From the NCBI RefSeq assembly GCF_963921235.1, contig NC_086097.1:42596001-42660000 (forward strand): a DNA stretch of 64,000 bases. Direction: 5' to 3'. The translations under genes were made by a program, and so were the position numbers. Of the stretch, positions 40,125 to 53,464 are shown piece after piece; the stretch's first letter is position 1, and each line of letters opens with the position of its first letter. The notes under the pieces are model-generated. The model saw only the letters and a list, made by a program, of their open reading frames with translations. It was not told the DNA's origin and did no database searches. This DNA comes from Mobula hypostoma (lineage: Eukaryota).

Positions 40125-40920
40125 TACATCTATTGATGCTTCTGGACACATCTTCAGTGATGTTCCTGGAATCATCGGGTGTTTCGGGTCTTTCAACATC
40201 ATACAACCTTCTCCAGGTGACCAAGCCGGGGCTGATCAGACCCCAGCTTGTGTCCAGATGGCTAGCTACTTATGACTCCATGGCTCCCCTCTTTTGAGCC
40301 ACAGCCATCTTGAGGCCCTCTCTGCCGCATCGGTGGTACTGCGGATGGCTCTCCTCTTCCTCTCTCCCTCAATGGATGCCCAAAATGCTGAAGGCCCTAA
40401 CTAAAGAACGGGCTATGAATCCCCTACAACCAACCTCCACTGGGAGACACCTCGCTCTCCATCCAGCCTGCTGACAGTTGCTGACCAGTCCTGCGTACTT
40501 GGAGAGCTTCCTTTCAAAGGCCTCCTCCAAGCGATCTTCCCATGGGACTGTCAGCTCCAGCAGCACCACTTGCTTAGTCGACTCAGACACTAGGACAATG
40601 TCTGGTCACAGGATGGTGGCTGCGATATGGTTGGGGAACTTCAGCTGCCGTTCGAGGTCCACCAACAGCTGCCAGTCCCTTGCAGAGGTCAGGATGCCTG
40701 CAGATGTTCTTTTGGCAGGTATTGGCTGCTCCCCAGCTCTGACAAAGGCAATGGTCTGCTTAGAGGATCGGGACCGCTTCGCCCACTCAACTCCTGCGCT
40801 GATGGCTTCAGCGATGGTCTTCAGGACCTGATCATGTCTCCACCTGTACCGTCCCTCACCAAGTGCCCTTGCGCAGCCGCTGAGGATGTGGTCCAGGGTT
40901 CCTCGCTTGAGAAGTCTCAG
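40125..40920 (-). mobile_element. RLE-type non-LTR retrotransposon 3' end (HERO/NeSL-like)
   Basis: HILSGC..RWRHDQVL, LELTVPWE, KLSKY, PVEVGCRG (zinc knuckle plus restriction-like endonuclease). Confidence 0.88.
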
Positions 40921-41480
40921 CACAAGGGAAGAAGCTGTTCTTGAAATATTCAGTCTCCTCTCTGATGGTAGTAATGAGAAGAAAGCACATCCTGGGCAAA
41001 GGGATTCTCTAATGATGGATGTCTCACCTATTGAATGTATCCATGATGGAGCTCAAGAGTGAGTGAGTGGCTGACTGAGGGTGAGTGAGTAAGTGAGGGC
41101 GAATGAGGAATTTTTAACTAGGAAATGTTGGTTTGGACTCCAGGTGAATGCTAAGGTTTTGGAAGTCAGATGGTAGGTAAGTTTGTACTCCCATGAGAAG
41201 TTTCAGATTAGCACATCATCTCACACAACCTTTCATGGACCCAGAACATATCCTACACAATCAAAAAGCTCACAATCTAGTTCCTGAGAAGGCTGAAGGG
41301 TGCTGGACTGTGCTCATCCTTACTCATGACCTTCTACAAATATGCACTGGAGAACATCCTAACATGGTGCGTCACTGCATGGTATGGAAACTGCACTACA
41401 GTGGACAGGAAGGCTTTACAACCAGTAGTCAAAACTGCCCACGCATCACTAGCACCAGCCTACCCACCATCAATGACATA

Positions 41481-42555
41481 CAGTGCCTCTATAGCTTTAT
41501 ACACCAGAAGCTTAGTGTTAGTCTACACATCCTGATCTTCAAAACCCTCTTTCTCAATCTGGCACAGCCTATTCTGCAATTTATTTCTAGGTCAATGTTG
41601 GCTCTTGAAAGAAGAAGCCTGCCAAGATATAGAAAACGATCAGTGATCTCCTGAGGGATGTTGTCAACTTGGACAGTAGGAGGTTTAGGAGCTTGATCTG
41701 GACTTGGGTTTTCAAGTCCCAGAAGCTTGTAAGCTCTGGAAAAAGCATCCATTATGCACTGCAGATCCTATGGTGATGTTGTTGTCTGCATATTAGAGCT
41801 CCATGATGAAAGTACTTGACATCTTGCTCCTTGACGAACCTGTTAAGGTTAAAGAACAGACCCCCCATCTGTCCTATAGAGAATCAGAATTCCTTGCGGG
41901 AGATCTTGGCCTATGAGATGAAGAATGATTGCAAGGAAAATGCCAAACAGAGTTGGGGCAATGGCGCATCCCTATTTGACCCCCATCTCAACCTTAACAG
42001 GTGCTGTTTCAGAGCCACGGTGGCACAGTTGAGGTACTTCGCCAGGCACCCAATTTTGGATAGTACCTGCCAAAGGGCAGGATGAATTGTGACTCAACAC
42101 CAATTGCAGTGGGACAGCTACATTATCCGTATGCCTGACTCCCATCTCCCTAAACAATTCCTGGTCGGCCAACTCCAAGGGATGCAAAGCACGCTCCTGG
42201 AGGGCAGAAAAAGCGGTTCAAGGACAACATCGAGACCCACCTGAGGAAGCACCACATCAACCCGAATGGATGGGAGAAATTAGCCCAGGATAGGAAAAGC
42301 TGGAGAAGGACTGTCTAAGGGGGGACTGCACAGCTCAAAGAATACCTCCACTGTGCCGCCGAGACTAGGCTGCTTCAACGTAAGGAGACACTGGGAAAGG
42401 CCCAAGCAGACACATCCACCACCACCTCAATGACCTACACCTGGCAACACTGCAATAGGACTTGCGGATCACAGATCAGCCTCGTCAGTCATCTCAAGAC
42501 CCACAAGAGACACATCAACCACCAGGAGAAGAATGGTACTCGACTATGTGTGATC
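41481..42555. mobile_element. RTE LINE with 5' inversion, nested in a Rex fragment (41225-41480 + 42560-43020)
   Basis: Minus strand 41481-~42055 RT (FLYLG..IDLEINCRIG); plus strand ~42060-42555 C-terminus with C2H2-like HCNRTC..SHLKTH. Confidence 0.75.
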
Positions 42556-43164
42556 ACAGAATATATACAGAAAGATGCTGAAAAAAGGCTAGCAACATCA
42601 TAAAGAATCTCACCCACCCTGCTCATGGACTGTTTGTCCACTCCCATCAGTGAGGAGACTACGTAGCATCCGCGCCAAAACCACCAGACAGTTACGTTCC
42701 CCAAGCACTAATGCTGACTAACACCTCCACCCACTAACCCACTCCTCCACCACTACTTTATCATTTCCTATCAAAGTTGTTTTATGTACTGACCTCTCTG
42801 TACTTAGCTTCACTTTATGTACATATAATCAATCTATATGAATATATAAGCTATCATGTCTATTTATATTTATTGTGTGTTTTATTTTAATTATGGTTTT
42901 CTTTATCTTAGTGCAATTTTATGTGCTGCATCATATCTGGAGCCACAGTTTTTTCATTCCCTTTACACTTGTCTGCAGGAAATAACACTAAACGATATTG
43001 TATCTTAAACAATCTTGAACCTGTTAACAAACACAACTGAGGCTTCCACTTCATCTGCTCCACTGGCTGTATTTTCGGTGAATGCACTACTCAGATAAGA
43101 TGTCAAAAGGAATAGTTTATATCTTTATAGATTATTCCTGAGGTTCACACAAGCCTGCTTATGG

Positions 43165-43427
43165 GGTAGCATAGCGGTTAGCTATTACAGCGCCAGGTGT
43201 AAGATCAGGGTTCAATTCCTGCCACTGTCTGTAAGGAGTTTGTATGTTCTCTCTGCACGTCTGCATGAATTTCCTCCAGGTGCTCTCCCACCTTCCCAGA
43301 CTGTATAGTTACAGTTAGTGAGTTGTGGACAAGCTATATTGGCACTAGAAGCATGGCAAAACCTGAGGGCTGCCCAGCACAATCCTTCACTGATTTGATT
43401 TGACATGAACAATGCCTTTCATTGTAT
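43165..43427 (+). mobile_element. tRNA-derived SINE; tail continues at 44881-44920
   Basis: agcggttagc..ggttcaattcc boxes. Confidence 0.8.
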
Positions 43428-44871
43428 AAAGAAAAGGATCTAGTGACCTTCCCGACGTATATGATGCATAAACTCTGTGATGCAGGCTCCCACCATGCGC
43501 CCCCCGTCTGGCTGATATTCGTTGCTCCGCATTCACAGGGAATCCTGTAAATGCCAGCCATCTTGAGTCCCAGGTCATCTTTGACCTGCATAAGCTGTGA
43601 ATTGAGTTTCCTTTTGGGTTTGTGGATGGTATTTATCAGGTATTTCTTCAGGATCTTGGTGGTCCTTCCAGAAACTGTGGAAATATAGGGAAGACAGGCG
43701 GTAGCGACTGGTTCCTTCTCATTGTTAGGTTTCCTGGTTTTTCATCGGCCCTTTTAAGGGCCTGATTGACTTCCTTTGCCTTGTAGCCATTCTGCAGGGA
43801 AGTCGTGTGTAATCATCTTATTTCCTCATGGAGACTCTCTGGGTCCAAAATAGCTTTCACACCACCATCTGAACAGCGTGCATCCAAACATTCAACTTAT
43901 GATGGAGATGGAGAGGAATGGCTGCCTCCTGGTCCTGGACTTTCTAATACAATGGAAACCGGCTGGTAACCTTGGGCATGACATCTATCGGAAGCCCACT
44001 CACATGGACTTAGACCTCAACAATAACAGTCACCATCACACCAGTGAAAAGCAGTTCTTTCCACTTTGATTAACCGTGCAAAAACTATTTCAGATCTGGA
44101 AAGTCTTCATGAGGAAATAAAACGATTACGCACAATGTTCCTACAGAATGGTTACGAAGTGAAGGAAATCAATCAGGCCTTAAAAGGACCGATGGAAAAT
44201 CCAGGAAACCTAACAATGAGGAGGAACCCGTCACCACACCTGTCTTCCCTATATTTCCACAGTTTCTGGAAGGATTGCCAAGATCCTGAAGAAATACCTG
44301 ATAAATACCATCCACAAATCCAAAAGGAAGCTCAAATCACAACTTATGTGGGTCAAAGATGACCTGGGACTCAGGATGGCTGACCTTTACAGGACTCCCT
44401 GTGGATGCAGAGCAGCGTATATCGGCCATATGGGACACACGGTGGAAAGCAGCATCAAGGAGCACAAGAGGTGTATCTATTTGGGTTACCAGAGAAATCG
44501 GCGGTAGTAGAACATTGCATACGCAGTGACCACAGGATTGCACAAAACTACTGTGCCACACCAATGGCTTTTGGGACCACCTGGTGAAAGAAGCCATTGA
44601 AATAAAACTAGAGAATAAGAACTTTAACAAAAATGAAGGTTTCACTCTAAGTAAGAACTGAAACATGATTTTAAACAAGGTTGGACAGCAGAGACCTGAT
44701 TGCTTGAGGACTGGTCAATCAGGAAGGACAGATGATGGGGGTATAAATACCACCGGAATTGACGTGCCTAGGCATCATCCCTGTTGAAGATGGCAGATTT
44801 TGTCATCAAAACATTGGTTAAAATCGACACCTGGACCTGGCTGGAAGCCCAAGAAGAGTTTATGCATCATC
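43428..44871 (+). mobile_element. Penelope-like element with inverted 5' segment
   Basis: HPNIQLMME..DIYRKPTH (RT thumb); GIYRIPCECG (GIY-YIG) on both strands; 9-bp TSD TCATTGTAT at 43419-43427 and 44872-44880. Confidence 0.9.
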
Positions 44872-45253
44872 TCATTGTATGTTTCAATGTACATGTGGCA
44901 AATCAAGCTTATCTTATTTTATGCTTTTCTTATCATTTTGTTTGGTGCTACAATCTGCATGTCCTAAGACCTCGCTGCACAGGAAATGCATGATGCTTAC
45001 ACTTATTGTACTGACAAAGGTCAACGCTACAATCTGCATGTGCTGAGTGCACGAAGGAAATACAACAAAGGAGCAGCTGGTTGAAGACCTTATTCCACTC
45101 CGCTCCCGTGTTTTATAATGGAACTAGGTATGCGGAGGCACTGCTTTCACAGGGAGGGTCTTTTCTGTTCTGCCAATTGTTACCTAAAGGAGGTTTCATG
45201 TATCCAGACCTATGGCTGTAACCCAAACCCTTTATGCTTCACAATTGTTCCAG

Positions 45254-45894
45254 GACACGGCAGTTGACATTTACAACACCTGTCATTCAAATGAACAGGT
45301 CTGTATTTATGAGGTAATAGATGAGCTCTTCGGTTATATCAATGAATTCAGTTCATTCTCTATAAATTCCACTAAGCAGCAATATAGCATTTGGAGCTGA
45401 CTTCACTGACTGTACACAAGTACCATGAAGAGGCATAATATTGATGCACCATAACAGGCATGGCTGTTAATTATAACAGCAGTGAAGGTGGCAGAGGCCA
45501 GAAGCATCAGCAAGATTAACCGTTCTGAAGGATGTTGCATTGATTTCAGTACAGGCCCTTCAGCCCACAATGTTGTGCTGACATTTGAACTATTGTACAA
45601 CCAATCTACCTCTTCTCTCCTACATAGCTCTCCACTTTTCTATCATCCATGTGGTATAGGAACCATTACCATCCTTCCTAAGAGGAAGCCAACTGTACAT
45701 CTCCCACACAATGGGAATAGGATGCTCAATCTTCTCCTCCGTCTCTTCATCAAAGCCTCCAGGGCATAATGAAGCTCCCTCCAGAGTGGATTTTCTTGCT
45801 TTCCAGTACAGAAATAGCCAATGAGCACTTAGTCTCACTTAACTGGAACTCACATTGAATGTACTCAAAATTCTCACTCTCAAAACACTGTCTG
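45254..45894 (+). pseudogene. Decayed exon(s), REJ end/GAIN start, with repeat insert near 45550-45770
   Basis: Acceptor ttgttccag; DTAVDIYNTCHSNEQVCIYEVIDELFGYINEFSS; ends LELTLNVLKILTLKTLS followed by donor gtgagc at 45895. Confidence 0.45.
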
Positions 45895-47384
45895 GTGAGC
45901 AGGATAGCCAAAAAAGAATAGGATTCAGAAAAAGAAATTTCAATGAGATGAAAAAGAAAGATGAGAGTTGAATTCATATAAGCCTGTATGATTACGTCCA
46001 TCTTCTTGGGCCCTTAGCTCGCAGTGGAGCATAGGCCATTAATGACCTCCTGTCTCCATCATCCAAAGTCGATGGTATGGTTGGAGTTCATTAATGTTTC
46101 TGTAATTCATCACATTCACTGTACAGGGGATTGGCCCATACAGCTTCACTGGAACCCTGCTGGACAGCCTTACCCATTTCCACCTCAAAACGGGGACATA
46201 GGGTTGGACTTTGAGAGGCAAGACTGCATACACACAGACAGCAAATTCTCAGAGACATCATTAGGAACATTGTCTAAATAAAGTATGTCAGAATGTAAAA
46301 GGAAATTATTTGAGCAGGAAGGGAAGATTTGCAATGAAAATAAAATCCTACATTAATTGCATATCCAAATGAGCAGAAGAAAACAAACCATAAATAGATA
46401 ATGAGGTTAATGTTGCAAAAAAGAATGAAAAGAGAACGCGATAGGGTTCTGTAAACATATTAGAGTTAAATGCAGATCAGAAAACAGTGGGTCACCTCAG
46501 GGATCTGGGGAGAACTTGTGGAAGAGTGATCACAAAATAGCAGATGTCATTAATGACATCTTTGTATCAGCAATTACAAATGAGTTGGATTTTTGCTATC
46601 CTCATATATTGCTAGAACTCAAAGCATGAAGGGACCTGATAATAAATACCATGAAGAACTCATAGTGGAGCACAGTGAAAGTAAGATCAGGTCTCACCAA
46701 CTTCACAACAAGGCATTGAAGGAATGGAAAACTTTTGATACTTTGGGGCACCACAGTCCCGAGGAAACATCAGATTGTTTGGAGGGAGAGAGAGTTTAAA
46801 GGAAGTGAGCAGGGGCAGTCAACACATTTTGCAGTCAAAATCCCAAGGAGACATTGGGCATTTGGCAAGGTCCAATAAAAAGAAGTGAGGTTTAAGCAGA
46901 GCTGACATTGTGGGAGTGAGCCAGTGGGGAGTTGAGGCTTTGGTTCATTAAGGCTTCGGTGAGGAGAAGCCAGGCCATAAGTAATTTTTTTTTGTTATTT
47001 ATTCCTTCTTTCTTTCTTATTGCATATTTAGAGCAGTGGGGTATCAAAAAGCATACTGAAATACTCCTCTTGCAGGATATGAAAAGGTAGGAAGAACTCC
47101 AGTGACCCTGAAGACACAGCTACTGTATAAGAAGTGCATCCAGCTGCAGCTCCTAACAGACCACGTTAAGGAATTGGAGCTGGAACTGGATGAACTCTGG
47201 ATCATTCAGGAGGGTTTGATAGACAGGACATACAGGAGGTAGTTACACTGAAGATGCAGGAGACAAGTAACTGGATGACCATCAGGAGGAGGAAAGGGGA
47301 TAGGCAGTCAGTGCAGAGTACCCCGTGACCAACCCCCTCAACAGTACTTAACCTCCCATCTCCATTGTCCAAAGTCGATATTAT

Positions 47385-48005
47385 GACTGGACGAATAAAC
47401 TCTTCTCAGGCTTCCAGTCGGGTACAGGTATCAATTTTAACCAATGTTGTGATGACAAACTCTACCATCCTCATCAAGGATAATGCCTAGGCATGTCTAG
47501 TCCAATGACATATACACCCCCTCCACGTCATCCAACACTCCTGATCGGTTAGTCCTCATCCAATCAGGTTTCCTCTGTCCCACTTTGTTTACAATCAAAT
47601 TCCAGTTCTTACTTAGAGTGAGACCTTGGGCTTTATTAAAATTATTTTCCTCTAGTTTTATTTCAATGGCTTCCCTCAGCAGGTGGTCCTACAGGCATTG
47701 GCGTGGCACAGTAGTTTTTTGCTGTCAAAGTCAATCCTATGGCCATTTCTAATGCAATGTTCTGCTACTGCCGGTTCCTCCAGGTAACCCAAACAGATAC
47801 ACCTCCTGTGCTCCTTGATGCCGGTTTCCACCCTGTGCCCCATCTGGCCAATATACGCTGTTCCACATTCACAGGGAATCCTGTAAACACCAGCCATCCC
47901 ACATAAGCTGTGATTTGAGTTTCCTTGTAAGTTTATGGATGGTATTAATCTGGCATTTCTTCAGGATCCTGATGATCCTTTGAGAAACCGTGGAAGTATA
48001 GGGAA
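47385..48005 (-). mobile_element. Penelope-like element 3' part
   Basis: GVYRIPCECGTAYIGQ..EH (GIY-YIG). Confidence 0.9.
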
Positions 48006-48693
48006 TTCAGGCAAGAAAGGTTCCAAAGGTAGTCATAACCGAAGGGTGGTCGTGGGGACGAGCTCCCACTTCTAAACGAATGCTCTTCATGTCGTGACAA
48101 CCAAGTCCACTCCTGGCCTTCACATGTGACATAGTTCTTATGCCTGGCAGAGCTGTACTCACTGACAGGAGAAGGGGCAAAGGCAGGCCACTGGTGCAAA
48201 CCAGTTGCTCCGGGCAGACGGGCAGATGGGGCTCATTAACCACAGATGGGAGCTCATCTAGGAGGGGGAAACCTCCGCTGCCTTGCAGCTATACCCACTC
48301 ACGGGAAAGGCTTTGGGAGTAAATCCGGAGTCGGAGTCCTGAAGGTGGCTGACTGCTGTACCCAGAACCGGCACGGCAACTCCTGCGATGCTGCTGGCAC
48401 CAAACTGTATCGACTTTCGTCGTTCCTTTGGACCTGTCATCGGCATGGGGGGAGGGGTCCCACTGCATGGGCAACAGACGGATCGCCATATCAACTCTGC
48501 CATGGCTTGCACCCTGGAGAGGCCACTCCAGCTTCGCTTTATAGCGTCGGACAAACACGGGAAGCAGCAGTTACCGGTTATAAGTCAAAATGCTTGACTG
48601 GCATAGAGCATGGCGCCAGGGGTTGCTTCCGACGGTGGGAGAAACCATCACGTTTCACTGGACAGCTGCCGCCCACCTCAAGCTGGGCAGCCC

Positions 48694-49909
48694 ATAAGAC
48701 CATAAAACCATAAGACAAAGGAGCAGAAGTAGGCCATTCGGCCCATCGAGTCTGCTCTGCCATTTTATCATGAGCTGATCCATTCTCCTATTTAGTCCCA
48801 CTCCCTCGCCTTCTCACCATAACCTTTGATGCCCTGGCTACTCAGATACCTATCAATCTCTGCCTTAAATACACCCAATGACTTGGCCTCCACTGCTGCC
48901 CGTGGCAACAAATTCCATAGATTCACCACACTCTGACTAAAAAAATTTCTTCGCATTTCTGTTCTGAATGGGCGCCCTTCAATCCTTAAGTCATGCCCTC
49001 TCGTACTAGACTCCCCCATCATGGGAAACAACTTTGCCACATCCACTCTGTCCATGCCTTTCAACATTCGAAATGTTTCTATGAGGTCTCCCCTCATTCT
49101 TCTAAACTCCAAGGAATACAGTCCAAGAGTGGACAAACGTTCCTCATATGTTAACCCTCTCATTCCCGGAATCATTCTCGTGAATCTTCTCTGAACCCTC
49201 TCCAACGTCAGCACATCCTTTCTTAAATAAAGAGACCAAAACTGCCCACAGTACTCCAAGTGAGGTCTCACCAGCACCTTATAGAGCCTCAACATCACAT
49301 CCCTGCTCCTATACTCTATTCCTCTAGAAATGAATGCCAACATTGCATTCGCCTTCTTCACTACTGACTCAACCTGGAGGTTAACTTTAAGGGTATCCTG
49401 TACAAGAACTCCCAAGTCCCGTTGCATCTCAGAACTTTGAATTCTTACCCCATTTAAATAATAGTCTGCCCGTTTATTTTTTCTGCCAAAGTGTATAACC
49501 ATACACTTTCCAACATTGTACTTCATTTGCCACTTCTCTGCCCATTCTTCCAATCTATCCAAGTCCCTCTGCAGACTCTCCGTTTCCCCAGCACCTATCT
49601 TCGTATCGTCAGCAAACTTAGCCACAAAGCCATCTATTCCATAATCCAAATCGTTGATGTACAATGTAAAAAGAAGCGGCCCCAACACGGACCCCTGTGG
49701 AACACCACTGGTAACCGGCAGCCAACCAGAATAGGATCCCTTTATTCCCACTGATCCCTTTATTCCCACTCCCTGTTTCCTGCCAATCAGCTAACGCTCT
49801 ATCCACATATGTAACTTTCCCATAATTCCTTGGGCTCTTATCTTGTTAAGTAGCCTCATGTGTGGCATCTTGTCAAAGGCCTTCTGAAAATCCAGATATG
49901 CAACATCCA
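48694..49909 (-). mobile_element. Young 5'-truncated CR1 inserted in the RTE 5' UTR
   Basis: Open 325-aa ORF ([15 protein letters not shown]); CAGCCC repeated at 48688-48693 and 49910-49915. Confidence 0.95.
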
Positions 49910-51184
49910 CAGCCCCCAGCCAATAAGGTGCTGTCCGCCACAGTCAGTTTTCCTCATTGGGTGCATGGGGATAATGGATTATTCCACGAAGTGCTGACTG
50001 CAACTACTGCACCAGACAAGAAAGAAAACAAATCCAATAAGACAACACCCCTCAAACTGGGATGTTGGAATGTCCGCACAATGATGACTGGACTTGACCA
50101 AAACCTCAAGGATATCGAAGATGCACAAGAAACAGTGGTCATTAACAATGAGCTACTAAGGCTCAAGGTAGATATAGCTACCCTACAAGAAACACATTTG
50201 GCGGATTCAGGTACACTGAAGGAAAGGGATTTTTCTGGCAGGGAAAGAACCAAGATGAGCCCCGTGAGCATGGAGTGGGTTTTGCCGTTAGGAACTCCTT
50301 GTTGCAAATGGTGGAGCCACCAGAAAATGGATCAGAATGACTTATGACTCTCCACCTACACACCAGTCATGGCCCAGTATCTCTTGTCAGTGTGTACGCC
50401 CCTACCTTGAAACCCACCTCTGAGGCAAAAGACATGTTCTGCGACAAATTAGAAGCTGTTGTCAGGAATATTCCCAGTGACGAGCACCTCGTTCTCCTTG
50501 GTGACTTCAATGCCAGAGTGGGAGCCAATAACAATTCCTGGCCATCTTGTGTTGGCCACTTTGGAAATGGCAAAATAAATGACAATGGACAACGTCTCCT
50601 GGAGTTCTGCTCCTATCACGGCTTGTGTGTCACTAACTCCTACTTTCAGACGAAGTCGCAGTGCAAGACCTCATGGCAACATCTACATTCTAAACACTGG
50701 CACCAACTAGATGTGATCATCACCAAGTGCTCTTTCATCAACTCTGTACTAATCACCTGCTCATACCATAGTGCAGACTGCGATACGGATCATGCTTTAG
50801 TATGCTGCAAGATCAAACTAAGTCCAAAGAAAATCCACCACTCTAAACAAATTGGAAAACCTTGCATCAACACGGCAGAGATGAAACAGTCAGAAAAGGT
50901 TGGCCAGTTTGCCAAGTCAGTACAGGTTACTATGACTACCTCCTCTCAAGGAGATACTGTAACAGAACAATGATCACACCTTTGCAACACCGTCCGCAAA
51001 TCGGCACTCTCTATCTTTGGAAGAAAGAGCACAAAGAGCAGTGACTGGTTTGAGGCAAAGTCCAACATCATGACTCCTGTCATCGAAGCCAAGCGTGCAG
51101 CGCTCACCATCCGACCAAACACTCCAGGCACTTCGAGCTGCTAGAAGCAAAGTGCAACAGACTGCGAGGCAGTGCGCAAATGAG

Positions 51185-51361
51185 AACACAAAATAATCTG
51201 CAGATGTTGGGGTCAAAGCAACACTCACAACACGCTGGAGGAACTCAGCAGGTCGGGCAGCATCCGTGGAAAAGATCGGTCAACATTTCGGGCCGGAACC
51301 CTTCCGACCGATCTTTTCCACGGATGCTGCCCGACCTGCTGAGTTTCTCCAGCGTGTTGCG
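51185..51361. mobile_element. Hairpin Penelope-type mini-element in the RTE ORF
   Basis: 14-bp TSD AGTGCGCAAATGAG at 51171-51184 and 51362-51375; 60-bp inverted arms. Confidence 0.9.
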
Positions 51362-53464
51362 AGTGCGCAAATGAGTACTGGCTCCAGCTCAGTGAGGACA
51401 TTCAGACAGCAGCTGTGACAGGCAACATCACATCGATGTATGATGGTATCAAGAAGGCCCTTGGCCCATCGCAGAGCAAGACAGCACCCCTGAAGTCATC
51501 TAGCGGTGAAATAATCACCAATAAAAGCATGCAGATGGAATGCTGGGTAGAACACTACTCTGAGATCTACTCGAGCGAAAATGTTGTTGTTAGCTCAGGC
51601 CATTGATGCCATCGATTGTCTACCAGTCATGGATGAACTCGACTCCGAACCAGCCATTGAGGACCTCAGCAAGGCAATTGACAGTCTGGCCCCAGGGAAA
51701 GCTCTTGGCAATGATGGGATTCCTCCAGACCTAATCAAACGCTGGAAGAGCTCACTCCTCCAACCTTTACACGAGGTCCTCTATCAGTGCTGGAAGGAAG
51801 GAGCCATACCACGGGATATGCGCGACTCCAAAATCGTCACTTTGTACAAGAACAAGGGTGATAGGAGCAACTGCAGTAACTACAGGGAGATCTCCCTGCT
51901 GAGTATTGTCGGCAAAGTCTTTGCTCACGTAACCCTGGCATGCCTACAAACTCTGGCAGAACGGGTCTACCCTGAGTCCCAATGTGGTTTTCACGCAAGG
52001 AGGTCAACTGTCGACATGATTTTCTCACTCTGTCAACTCCAGGAGAAGTGCAGGGAACAATAGAAACCCCTTTATGTCGCTTTCATTGACTTGACTAAGG
52101 CATTCGATCTTGTCAGCAGGAGTGGGTTCTTTCAGATTCTCCTCAAGATCGACTGTCCCCCAAAACTCCAAAGCATCATCAAGTCATTCCATGACGACGT
52201 GAGGACTACTGTTCGGTACGATGGCAGCTCATCAGAACCCTTCGCTATTTGTAGTGGAGTCAAACAAGGATGCGTGTTGGCCCCAACATTGTTCAGCATC
52301 TTCTTCTCTCTGCTATTGAAGCACGCGTTTGGGACATCGACAGAAGGCATCTACGTGCACACCAGGTCTGATGGGCGGCTGTTCAACCCTGCGTGCCTGA
52401 CAGCAAGAACAAGGGTGCGTAAGATCTTAATACGTGACATGCTCTTTGCCGATGACGCTGCTATAACCTCGCACACCAAACAGCGACTACAAACTCTCAT
52501 GGACCGCTTCTCTAAGGCATGCAAGGACTTCGGGCTTACCATCAGCCTAAAGAAAACAAATTTCCTTGCCCAGAACGTAGCGGAGACACCAGTCATTACC
52601 ATCGACAATTACGATCTAGAAGTGGTCCACGAGTTTACATACTTGGGGTCGACCATTAGCGACGCTCTCTCCCTCAATGCTGAAATCAATAGGCGTATCG
52701 GCAAAGCAACATCGATCTTTGCTCGACTGTCCTCGCAGATCTGGGAGAATCCAAAACTCGCTACAAAGACCAAGACCGCTGTGTACAATGTATGCATTAT
52801 CAGCACCCTCCTGTATGGTAGCGAGACTTGGACCATCAGCTCCAAGCAGGAGAGGAAACTCAATAGTTTTCACCTGCACAGCCTTCGTCGCATCCTCGGC
52901 ATCACCAAGAGAGACAAAGTCCCAAACTCTGAGGTCCTCTCCTGCGCTGGACTTCCCGCAGTGTTCACACTTTTAAGACCAGGCAGACTGCACTGGCTGT
53001 GCCACGACCGTCGTATGAAGGATGGTAGACTGCCAAAGGACATCCTCTACGGAGAAATAGCAACAGGCAAGAGGAACGTTGGTAGACCCCAGCTTCGCTT
53101 CAAGGACCTCTGCAAGCGCGACATGAAAGCCTTAAAAATCAACACAGAGTGCTGGGAGGATACAGCAGAGGACCACAACAAATGGCGAGGAACTCTTCAG
53201 CAACACCTAGAACAAGGCGAGAGAGTGATCCTGAGTCAGTCTGCGGAGCGGAGAGCTAAACGGAGGGCACAGCGGACAGCGGACAACAATTCCACAACGT
53301 CCTACACATGCAGCAACTGTGGCAGAGTCTGCCGTTCCAGAATCGGCCTCAAAAGCCACAGTCGACGCTGCTCAACAAACCAGTGACTACCAGAGGCGCA
53401 GTACCCGTGGCCGACCACGACCGACAGAGGCCCCACACACACACACACACACACACAGAGGCAA

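Larger units (their letters stand above)
48010..53433 (+). mobile_element. Near full-length RTE-clade LINE, disrupted
   Basis: Long 5' UTR; APE (WNVRT, LQETH, GDFNA, SADCDTDH); RT (GVKQGC, LFADD, FTYLG); C-terminal CxxC..H; followed by (CA)n. Confidence 0.95.

Noticed and set aside
43165..43250. tRNA gene
   Set aside because: A/B boxes belong to a SINE head; no cloverleaf.
44945..45065. Short direct repeat GCTACAATCTGCATGT
   Set aside because: Two copies only; an ordinary local duplication.
48792..49769. 325-aa intact ORF as a host gene
   Set aside because: It is the CR1 ORF2 C-terminal half in a 5'-truncated insertion.
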